This document shows positions 49,172-57,432 of a stretch of 64,000 nt of DNA, piece by piece. This stretch comes from Candidatus Latescibacterota bacterium (GTDB lineage Bacteria; Latescibacterota; UBA2968; GCA-2709665). Location: NCBI GenBank assembly GCA_965226795.1, contig CBDDDZ010000005.1, positions 2,432,001 to 2,496,000 of the forward strand. The letters are read 5' to 3'. The first letter of the stretch is position 1. Each line of letters opens with the position of its first letter. The position numbers were made by a program, and so were the translations under genes. The notes below the pieces were generated by a model. That model made no database searches. It saw only the letters and a program-made list of their open reading frames with translations, and had not been told where the DNA came from.

Positions 49172-50101
49172 ATGATCCCCCTGCTCAGCAGCCTTTGCTA
49201 CGGACCGCTTGAAGTCTGTCAACTCCCCCGGACCTGGTGGAAAGTCCTGCTTCGAAACGCGGGCCTGCTCGATGAAGAATACCCCGACGTCAGCGAAGGC
49301 CTGGATAAATCCGTCCTTGAAGTGCTGAACCTGGACAGAGAAACAACCCTGGCGTACTTGCGGGAGAACATGCCCGACTACCTCCAGTTTGAAGCCTGGG
49401 TCCTCGAACAAAACGACGGAAAGTTCGAACGAAAAGCAATCGAAAGCTGGAATGAATCCGTGCGTACCCGGGTTCACACCCGGCCCGATAAGCTGCAGGA
49501 AACCACGAGTGACATCGGCATTCCCAACGACGGCGCGATCACGTCAGCCGTGATCCTCAACAGCCTCCAGGACGGGTCGCTTTTCTTCAGACGGGACCTG
49601 ACGGAGGGATTTTCGGCCCTGGGCGGTCGCGTCGTGCCCCTCGTCTCCAGCCTGGACTACGGACCGCTCAACGTCTGCCAACTCCCGCGTACCTGGCTGA
49701 AAATACTGCTCAGATCCCGGAACCTGCTTCATCCCGACTATCCCGACATGACCGAAAACGGCCTGGACCCCCGTGTTCTGCGCGCCGTGAACATCCAGCC
49801 GAACGACGCCGTTTGTTTCATCCGGGACAACGCGCCTATGTATCTTGACTTCGAAGCCTGGATTCTGCGACAAAACGACGGAACCGTCGACCCCGGCGCC
49901 GTCGACGAATGGAACAAATTCGTGCGAACCCGAATCCATTCAAATGAGAAAATCGCGGACATTCACAATACCCTCGGCCTGGAAAACGACGGCAGCCTGA
50001 CCTCCGCCGTCGTCCTGAACCACGTTGAAGACTGGCACTTCGCGCACGCGGACCTGACGGGCACGGGCGACCGTTCGTCGCGACCGGCAGAGGCCGTCTG
50101 A
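49172..50101 (+). CDS. Protein of two tandem DUF5069-like domains
   Basis: Halves begin IPLLSSLCYGPLEVCQLPRTWWK and VPLVSSLDYGPLNVCQLPRTWLK; both contain YL.FEAW.L.QNDG and TSAV.LN. Confidence 0.75.
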   Translation: MIPLLSSLCYGPLEVCQLPRTWWKVLLRNAGLLDEEYPDVSEGLDKSVLEVLNLDRETTLAYLRENMPDYLQFEAWVLEQNDGKFERKAIESWNESVRTRVHTRPDKLQETTSDIGIPNDGAITSAVILNSLQDGSLFFRRDLTEGFSALGGRVVPLVSSLDYGPLNVCQLPRTWLKILLRSRNLLHPDYPDMTENGLDPRVLRAVNIQPNDAVCFIRDNAPMYLDFEAWILRQNDGTVDPGAVDEWNKFVRTRIHSNEKIADIHNTLGLENDGSLTSAVVLNHVEDWHFAHADLTGTGDRSSRPAEAV

Positions 50102-50242
50102 AAATCCTGAAGCTGCCCCGCGCGCCGCAACAAACCGGAACCCACCCGTATCGGCTGGGTTTTTTGGCATGATAATGGAGATTATCGACGGACGTCTATG
50201 TCGCCATCTCATCAATCCTCCATTTTGGCCTTCAAGTCATTG

Positions 50243-50271
50243 TTGACTTCACTCGTACTACGGATTAAATT
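50243..50271 (+). promoter_or_regulatory. Sigma70 promoter with no adjacent protein-coding gene
   Basis: TTGACT-N17-TAAATT in an AT-rich patch. Confidence 0.65.
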
Positions 50272-50277
50272 ACTACT

Positions 50278-50612
50278 AAATTTACGTATTAGTCTACTTT
50301 ACCCGTAAATAGAACCGGCAGGGCAGATCTTCCATGTGGAGCCAGGAGCCCCAACGCCACCCGGGGTCACGGGAAGTCGCCTCGCTTTGAATAAGCCGCA
50401 GGCGATAATCGGCTGTACAAGTAGCTAACGCCGTTCAAAGATCTGTTCGCGTTCGGAAAGGAGGTGATACTGGAATCCACGTCGCTAAACGTTTCGCTGC
50501 TGTACATCTACGTGAGAAACTGTAGTTCGAGGCAAGTGCTGAAATGACACGTTTCGCTGTGTGAGTGATCGAGCGATGCCGCCGAAAAATGCACACCAGG
50601 TCTCTTCATTTC
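50278..50612 (+). ncRNA. Unidentified structured RNA or small-peptide mRNA
   Basis: Lies downstream of the promoter; several nested stems with G-U pairs; contains GAAAGGAGGTGAT. Family not recognised. Confidence 0.45.
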
Positions 50613-50641
50613 GCTATCACACCCTCCAGGTCAATCCCTAA

Positions 50642-50824
50642 CCGTCCGTTGATAATGTCGCTCTGCAGGCGAGGCCCAGTGTCCCGTCCCGGAAATAGAT
50701 TGCCATTGTGAACGACGACAAGGCGCGCGACCGAGTCGAATAGGTGGATTCGGGGAGGGCGCGCAACGCAGTAATTCGGCCACAAGAGCCGGCCGCAGCC
50801 CGGATGGACTTTTTCAACGGCCTG
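50642..50824. mobile_element. Degenerate nested MITE remnants
   Basis: Terminus at 50678-50704 is 25/27 identical to the 25821-25847 end; outer imperfect inverted repeat 50642-50659 / 50807-50824 (14/18). Confidence 0.55.
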
Positions 50825-50864
50825 CCAAGTTCCATCAAGCACAGTCTCTTCATACGGTTCATTC

Positions 50865-51170
50865 ACAGTTAATCACCCCGTAATCGCGTGAATCACAGTC
50901 CGTGGTACGGCTGGGTGGCGCTCCCTGCGCCTTAGTCTCAGTCAGTCACGGTAATCACGCAAGCCGCAGTCCGGGGTGTGGTTGAGCGACGTGCCTTCCG
51001 CTTTAATTTCCCAGTTAATCACCGCAATCATATGAATCACAGTCCGGGTGTGGTTGGCCGGCGGGCTTTGCCGTTTAATCACAGTCCCGGGGTGTGGTTT
51101 GGCGACGTGCCTTCCGATTTAATCGCAGTTTATCCGTCTAATCACAGTTAATCATAGTCTGGGGGTGTAC
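50865..51170 (+). repeat. Degenerate direct-repeat array (core AATCACAGTCCGGGGTGTGGTT)
   Basis: Five core copies near 50891, 50962, 51035, 51077 and 51150, interleaved with TAATCAC motifs. Confidence 0.8.
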
Positions 51171-51172
51171 AG

Positions 51173-52083
51173 ATGAAAAAGTTAACAATTTTGAGCCTCA
51201 TTCTTCTTTTGACGGCTGTTTTGTTCGCACAGGATTACACTCGCTGGGGACTTCCCGAAGGGGCCCTCTTGCGGATGGGCAAAGGAGACGTGCGCGCCGT
51301 GGCCTGGTCGCCGGACGGCACGCGTCTGGCCGTGGGGGCACCGCCGGGATCTGGCTCTACGATGCCCGCACCGGGGCGGAAGTTTCCCTGATCACAGGCC
51401 ATACGAGGAGAGTCAATTCGATGGTGTATTCGCCGGATGGGATGACCCTGGCAAGCCGCAGTTTCGACAATACGGTGCGGGTGTGGGACGTGGAAACGGG
51501 GCAGGAGAAAAGCACCCTCACCCTCACAGGGCATACCCGTGAAGTATTTTCGGTGGCGTATTCGCCGGATGGGACGATGCTGGCAAGCGCCAGTCGGGAC
51601 AGTACCGTGCGGCTGTGGGACCTGGCCACAGGACAGGAAATACACACCCTCACGCGGGCGGCTACCGGCGGGTCCAGTATAGCGTTTTCGCCGGATGGGA
51701 CGATGCTGACAAGCACCAAGTGGGACCATACGGTGCGGTTGTGGGACGTGGAGACTGGACAGCAAAAATACAGCCTGACAGGACATACGGACAACGTCAC
51801 TTCGATGGTGTTTTCTCCGGATGGGACGATGCTTGCAAGCGGAAGTCACGACGGCACGATTCTGCTGTGGGATGTGGCGCCGTATGTCGCACCTCAACCC
51901 CTAGCTGCCGACTTCGACGGCGACGGGACCGTGGATTTTCCCGACTTTCTGCAGTTCGCGGCGCAGGTCGGGCTGAGCCAGGGCGAGGCAGGGTATGAAG
52001 CGCGCTTCGACCTGGACGGCGACGGCACCGTCGGGTTCAGCGATTTTGTAATCTTTGCACGCAACTTCGGCCAGGGCGGGTGA
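51173..52083 (+). pseudogene. Secreted WD40-repeat protein with C-terminal dockerin/EF-hand-like domain; -1 frameshift in a G5 tract (51334-51338)
   Basis: Signal peptide, WGLPEGA..R.GKG, repeats of GHT..V.S.A.SPDG.MLAS...D.TVRLWD, ADFDGDGTVDFPDF...FDLDGDG. Confidence 0.85.
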
Positions 52084-52132
52084 GGCGCCGGCGCCGTGCT
52101 GCGCCAGCAACCCTCACCGGGTATACCCTCAC

Positions 52133-52163
52133 AAAAAAGGCGCCCGAGATTCCGGGCGCCTTT
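52133..52163. terminator. Bidirectional intrinsic terminator
   Basis: AAAAAAGGCGCCCG-loop-CGGGCGCCTTT between convergent genes. Confidence 0.8.
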
Positions 52164-52188
52164 GACGTCTTTTCCTTTTTCGGCACGT

Positions 52189-52962
52189 TCAATCGTGATG
52201 TCCGCTCCGATGAAACGCAACGAAGAAGTCGGACACCCCGCGTATGATAATATCCAACATGGACCGCCCTTCCTCGGCGGTGGCATCCGCCGGATTGTCC
52301 GTGTAACCCACGCCCGACTGCCATTCACCGTGAACCTGGACCACGGCGCCCGAGAGGCCCACGTCCAGGCCCGCATCGTCGTGCACCTGACCGCTCATTG
52401 CGTCCAACGCCTCCCTGTTCACCAGGTCCGGTCGAACCGCCATTATCAGCGCGGCCTCGAATCGCCCGGCATGGCCCGGTATAAGCTTGGACGGCATGAC
52501 ATCGGTGAGTGCCTCGCGCGCAATATTCCAGTAATCGCCTGTAGCCACGGCGGCCGGATTGCCCAGGCGGTTCACGAAATCCTGCCCCGCGAGTCCGTTC
52601 GGGTTGGAATTTCCCCCGTGGCCGTTCAACACCACGAGCCGCTTGAATCCGCTTCGCACAAGGCCTTCGAGAACGTCAGTCACGGCGCCAACGAAAGTGG
52701 TGGTCTTGAGAGACAATACGCCTGGAAACGGATAGTGATGATGGGAATTGCCGAATTGCAGTGTGGGGGCCACGACCACACGCGCGTGTTCGTTCGCTCG
52801 GGCCGCGGCCTGGCGCGCAACCGTCTCGCAAAGAACGGTATCCGTACACACCGGCAGGTGGGGACCGTGCTGCTCAATGGCCGCTGTGGGCAGGACCGCC
52901 GTGGCCGAGGGCGCAACCTGTCGAATCTCCTCCCGGGTCATTTCTGCAAATAGAAAAGACAC
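52189..52962 (-). CDS. Creatininase family amidohydrolase
   Basis: AIEQHGPHLP..TD, NGHGGN, GHAGRFE, A.AEEG. Confidence 0.93.
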   Translation of the reverse strand: MSFLFAEMTREEIRQVAPSATAVLPTAAIEQHGPHLPVCTDTVLCETVARQAAARANEHARVVVAPTLQFGNSHHHYPFPGVLSLKTTTFVGAVTDVLEGLVRSGFKRLVVLNGHGGNSNPNGLAGQDFVNRLGNPAAVATGDYWNIAREALTDVMPSKLIPGHAGRFEAALIMAVRPDLVNREALDAMSGQVHDDAGLDVGLSGAVVQVHGEWQSGVGYTDNPADATAEEGRSMLDIIIRGVSDFFVAFHRSGHHD

Positions 52963-53018
52963 GGACTATCCTCCTGACGTCGCGGTAGTCGATCGGAACC
53001 GAACTCTGGGACTGGGAA

Positions 53019-54500
53019 CTAATTCTCCTGGATCTCTTCGAACGGATACAAGGGCCGCCTGCGATGGCGGAACTCGAACTTGCGCATGTCCGCCGCCGTT
53101 GCGCCGGGCGTATCCACGCGTATCAGGCGCTTGCACACGGGCGCGTAGGCCGCCACCGGCGCATGCACCCCCTTGGCGACAATGACGTCGAACGCGTCCG
53201 GACGCAAATCGCAACTGGTCATCAGACCCAGACTCACCGGTACGACCCGCCGGGACGTGAGGCTGACTGTCAGGCCCGTATCCGTGTCCACAACCACCGT
53301 CCGGCCCATGTCGAACGCCGTCCGCCCGCCATGCCGAATCTCGGGCTCCCGAAATCGACCGCTGTAAATGCCCCGAACCCTGACCATAGCCTCAAGAGGC
53401 GGGCCGTGCGATTCGTCGGTCTTTCCACCCATACGGAGCGTCACACTGTTGCCCACCCCCACCGTAGCCGCTTTCGATACGGATTCGCTGTCGTACAGAC
53501 ACACGAATGCCCGCGCATTGCGACGCCGATGCAATTCGTGCGCAAGCATCGTCCCATCCGCGGCAGACCCGCCTCCCACATTGTCCCCCATGTCCAGCAG
53601 GCAGACCGGGCCCTGTGTGGCCAGTGCCATGTCCACCGCCGCGTCGATGCCGATAAACTCACCCCTGAAGTCTCTCCGAAAGGTGTGGAGATGATCCGCG
53701 AGTTCTCCGGCAACGGCTTCCGCGAGGCCCGGATTTCCATCCGTCACCGCAATCATCGCAGTACCCATCTCCGGAACATCGGCGTAGGGGAATCCAAGCA
53801 CGATGCTATTCGACAACATGCCCGGCCGGTTCAGGAGGTCATCGGCCAGCTCGTACAGTTCCCTGCACGGTGACGATTCGGTCGATTGCCGTTCAATATT
53901 GATGGCAATCGGCGGAAACACGGCTGCCTGCGTGGGCTTGACTTCGCCTCGAAGCGTCCGCGCCATCAACCGCGACGCCTGCAGACCCACCTCCTTTTGA
54001 TCCAGGTGCGGGTTGCTGCGATAGGCAATGGTCGCATTACAGGCCGCAACCATTCTTTCCGACAGATTCGCGTGCGGATCGATCGTACAGATTATGGGCG
54101 TCTCTTCTCCAACCAGGCGACGCAGGCGGGACAGCCAGTATCCATCCAGGTCCCAATAATCGTCTCCCGCACCCACGTTCGCTCCGTGGGGCGCCACAAG
54201 CCATCCATCCAGTTTCCCGGCGTGTGCGACCTGTTCAAACATCATCCGCATGAGCGCGTCGCACGTCTCGTTCGTAATCCGGCCGGACGGCTCGGTGCTG
54301 GCGCAAAATAGCGGTACCGCTTCGATACCCGACTCGGCCAGACCGGCGAGGAAACCGCTGACCTCGTTCAACCCGTCCTTGAATGCCACCGCCACCTCAT
54401 CTCCGATCAGGATCCGACCTGACCTGAACATCTCCAGTGTGGTGGGGGTACAGATAAACGTATTGGACTCGTGTATCAAAGAAAGAATGCCGACGCGCAT
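53019..54500 (-). CDS. M81 family metallopeptidase (MlrC-like)
   Basis: HESNTF, HGA, DPHAN, YRSNPHLD, GFPYAD, DNVGGG, IRVDTPG. Confidence 0.93.
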   Translation of the reverse strand: MRVGILSLIHESNTFICTPTTLEMFRSGRILIGDEVAVAFKDGLNEVSGFLAGLAESGIEAVPLFCASTEPSGRITNETCDALMRMMFEQVAHAGKLDGWLVAPHGANVGAGDDYWDLDGYWLSRLRRLVGEETPIICTIDPHANLSERMVAACNATIAYRSNPHLDQKEVGLQASRLMARTLRGEVKPTQAAVFPPIAINIERQSTESSPCRELYELADDLLNRPGMLSNSIVLGFPYADVPEMGTAMIAVTDGNPGLAEAVAGELADHLHTFRRDFRGEFIGIDAAVDMALATQGPVCLLDMGDNVGGGSAADGTMLAHELHRRRNARAFVCLYDSESVSKAATVGVGNSVTLRMGGKTDESHGPPLEAMVRVRGIYSGRFREPEIRHGGRTAFDMGRTVVVDTDTGLTVSLTSRRVVPVSLGLMTSCDLRPDAFDVIVAKGVHAPVAAYAPVCKRLIRVDTPGATAADMRKFEFRHRRRPLYPFEEIQEN

Positions 54501-54645
54501 TTCGAATTTCCCCGGCCGTGCCAGATGGCGAAACATCGGATATCGATAGCCGACAGCGGCTTGCCACGATCAGGTCGGGTTCCGCCGGAACGTTCGATTC
54601 ATCCTTGCAAAAATCGACGGCGCCAGTACCTGGAATTCCCACTGC

Positions 54646-54674
54646 AATATAGAAGCAAATTCGCCAGGAATCAA
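54646..54674 (-). promoter_or_regulatory. Sigma70 promoter for MlrC-creatininase
   Basis: TTGATT-N17-TATATT on the minus strand. Confidence 0.55.
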
Positions 54675-54832
54675 ATGGTTCTTGATCCGCACTCGACGCA
54701 TCGCGGAGGCACTTATCCAATCTATCCTAACCAGGTGATTCAGATCTCCTTATGGATCTGCATCCTAAACGTTACTTTAAACAAGTATATAGTATTGAGG
54801 CGACTTAAACAAAAATAGCTAAAGTATTCGTC

Positions 54833-54861
54833 TTGCCATTGCAACCCGAATGCTTTATATT
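54833..54861 (+). promoter_or_regulatory. Sigma70 promoter for CBS-korA-korB
   Basis: TTGCCA-N17-TATATT. Confidence 0.65.
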
Positions 54862-55005
54862 AAACCCAAATAAGATAAGCCCGGCTTATTGTTGAGCGCG
54901 GGATCCGGAAACGACTGCCGAGCGGGAACAACGCATCCTGCGTACCGGAAGCTGGCCGCAAAACCGGACGACCTGGTGGGGCGTATCGATTCCGGGAGGA
55001 GCCAG

Positions 55006-55473
55006 ATGGAACTGAAAGTGAATATTCGGACCGCTCTGATAACCCAGGTCGACCTTTCGTATTACGTCGAGACCGAAAAAGGCACGCGAGCCGGAGATGT
55101 ACTCGAAAAGATGAAGGCCAGTCATCGGAAATGCGCCCTGGTGATGGACCACGGCCGGCTGGTCGGCATCTTCACTGAGCGAGATATCATGAAAAAGATG
55201 GCAGGTAACCCGCAGAGCAGCGATGCGCCGATCGACAACCTGATGACGCCCAACCCTGAAACAATCGACGCGGACACGAACATCCTGGATGCCACCAGGG
55301 TGATCGCCTCGAACCGCTACCGGTACATGCCGGTTACCAATGAGACGGGCAAGGTCCTGGGTACATTGACCTATTATGCCATTATCAAATACATCTGCGA
55401 CTATTTTCCGCAGGAAATTTACAACCAGCCGCCCGTGCCGGACGTGTTTGCCAAAGCCCGTGCCGGCGCTTAA
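55006..55473 (+). CDS. Stand-alone CBS-pair protein
   Basis: LVGIFTERDI, LMTPNP, YRYMPV; SD GGAGGAG. Confidence 0.9.
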   Translation: MELKVNIRTALITQVDLSYYVETEKGTRAGDVLEKMKASHRKCALVMDHGRLVGIFTERDIMKKMAGNPQSSDAPIDNLMTPNPETIDADTNILDATRVIASNRYRYMPVTNETGKVLGTLTYYAIIKYICDYFPQEIYNQPPVPDVFAKARAGA

Positions 55474-55529
55474 CCGGTAAATACTTTTTCTCCAGAGCCG
55501 TAGCATAAAAAACCGGGAGGTTGATCCAG

Positions 55530-57404
55530 ATGGCCGAAACAGCCGTCGAAGAGATTGACGCAGAGGGTGATTTACTGGACGAATTGACCGAGGTCGAGTC
55601 CATTGCGGTCCGATTTGCCGGCGACTCCGGCGATGGCAGCCAGTTTATTGGCGGGGAATTTGCAAACACATCCGCCATAGTGGGCAACGACATCAGCACC
55701 ATGCCGGACTTCCCCGCCGAAATCCGCGCTCCCGCAGGCACATTGCCGGGAATCAGCGGGTTCCAGGTCCGCATTTCCAGCGAAGACATTTTCACTCCCG
55801 GAGACGAGCCGCAGGTGCTTGTTGCCATGAACCCGGCCGCATTGAAGTCCAACCTCCCGGATCTGCCGCGCGGGGGAGTGGTCATCACCAATACGAATAG
55901 CTTTACACGAAACAACCTGCGCAAGGCCGGCTACCAGACCGACCCGCTGGAAGACGGATCGCTGCAGGATTATCGCGTTTGCAAGGTGCCTTTAACAGCC
56001 CTGCACAAGAGAGCTGTAGCCAACATTGATGGCCTGTCCAACCGGCAGATCGGTATGATGAAAAACTGCTTCGCACTCGGCCTTGCCTATTGGATCTTCG
56101 ACCGTCCGCTGGAACCAACGGTCCGCATGCTGGAAGAGAAATTCGCCAGCCGTCCCAATGTCGTCGAAGGCAACGTAACGACCTTGAAGGCCGGATACAA
56201 CTACGGTGAAACGACCGAACAATTCCAGTTCAGGTACAAGGTGTCCAAGGCCGTGGTCGAACCCGGCACCTATCGGACCGTTACCGGCGCACAGGCCACG
56301 GCAATGGGTTTCGTCACCGCGGCCCATAAGGCCGGCAAGACCCTCTTTTACGGCAGCTACCCCATCACCCCCGCCAGTGCCCTGCTCGAAGCGTTGGCCG
56401 CCTTGAAGAACTTCGACGTGCGCACCTTTCAGGCCGAAGACGAAATTGCAGCCATCGGTTCCGTCATCGGCGCCGCATTCGGGGGCGCTTTTGCCGCAAC
56501 CGGCACCAGCGGACCCGGCGTCGCACTCAAGAGCGAGGCCATCAACCTGGCCCTGGTCCTGGAATTGCCCCTGGTGATCGCCAACTTTCAACGGGGCGGG
56601 CCCAGCACGGGGCTTCCCACGAAAACGGAACAGTCCGACCTGCTCCAATGTATGTTCGGCCGTAACGGCGAAAGCCCGGTCCCCATTGTCGCGCCGGCCA
56701 CATCCTCCGACTGCTTCTACCTGGGCATCGAGGCCTTTCGTATCGCGGTTGAAAGCATGTCGCCGGTCTTCTTTCTTTCCGACGGCTATCTCAACAACAG
56801 TTCCGAACCCTGGAAATTGCCGAACCCGGACGACATTGACACCATCGTCGTCGAACATCGAACGGATCCAGAGAATTTCCAGCCATATATGAGGAATGCG
56901 CAGACCCTCGCACGTCCCTGGGCCCTCCCGGGCACACCCGGCCTGGAACACCGCATCGGCGGGCTCGGTAAACAGGACGGCACCGGAAACGTGTCATACG
57001 ATCCGAAAGACCATGAATACATGGTGAAGATCCGCGCCGAAAAGGTCGCGCGTATCGCCAATCGGATTCCGAAGCAGGATGTTTACGGCCCTCTCGCAGG
57101 CGACCTGCTTGTTATCGGCTGGGGCAGCACGTACGGCGCCATCAGGTCCGCGGTTCGCAAGGCGGTTTCCAACGGCCGATCTGTCGCCCACGCCCACGTG
57201 CGATATCTGAACCCGTTTCCGGCTAACCTGGGCAACCTGCTTCTGCGCTATCGCAAAATCCTGGTTCCCGAAATTAACGGTGGGCAGCTATCAATGTTGC
57301 TCAATGCCAAGTACCCTCTGCGTGTCATCAGCTATCCCAAAGTTCAGGGACAGCCCTTTAAGATTTCTGAAATCCTTAACAAAATCCACGAGTTGCTCGA
57401 TTAG
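55530..57404 (+). CDS. korA: 2-oxoacid:acceptor oxidoreductase alpha subunit
   Basis: RFAGDSGDG, FPAEIRAP, SYPITPAS, QAEDEIA, QRGGPSTGLPTK. Confidence 0.95.
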   Translation: MAETAVEEIDAEGDLLDELTEVESIAVRFAGDSGDGSQFIGGEFANTSAIVGNDISTMPDFPAEIRAPAGTLPGISGFQVRISSEDIFTPGDEPQVLVAMNPAALKSNLPDLPRGGVVITNTNSFTRNNLRKAGYQTDPLEDGSLQDYRVCKVPLTALHKRAVANIDGLSNRQIGMMKNCFALGLAYWIFDRPLEPTVRMLEEKFASRPNVVEGNVTTLKAGYNYGETTEQFQFRYKVSKAVVEPGTYRTVTGAQATAMGFVTAAHKAGKTLFYGSYPITPASALLEALAALKNFDVRTFQAEDEIAAIGSVIGAAFGGAFAATGTSGPGVALKSEAINLALVLELPLVIANFQRGGPSTGLPTKTEQSDLLQCMFGRNGESPVPIVAPATSSDCFYLGIEAFRIAVESMSPVFFLSDGYLNNSSEPWKLPNPDDIDTIVVEHRTDPENFQPYMRNAQTLARPWALPGTPGLEHRIGGLGKQDGTGNVSYDPKDHEYMVKIRAEKVARIANRIPKQDVYGPLAGDLLVIGWGSTYGAIRSAVRKAVSNGRSVAHAHVRYLNPFPANLGNLLLRYRKILVPEINGGQLSMLLNAKYPLRVISYPKVQGQPFKISEILNKIHELLD

Positions 57405-57432
57405 CCCTACGCCTGAATCGGGAGATACTTCC

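Noticed and set aside
50278..50612. tmRNA, 16S rRNA fragment, raiA motif or cobalamin riboswitch
   Set aside because: No tRNA-like ends or tag peptide; the 16S match is limited to the anti-SD complement; only short scattered words (ATCCACGT, ACCAGGTC, AGCCAGGAG) resemble the other families.
50606..50866. Two short minus-strand ORFs
   Set aside because: They run through MITE termini and have no protein motifs.
50865..51170. CRISPR array
   Set aside because: Repeats are degenerate, spacing is irregular, the intervening sequences resemble each other, and there are no cas genes.
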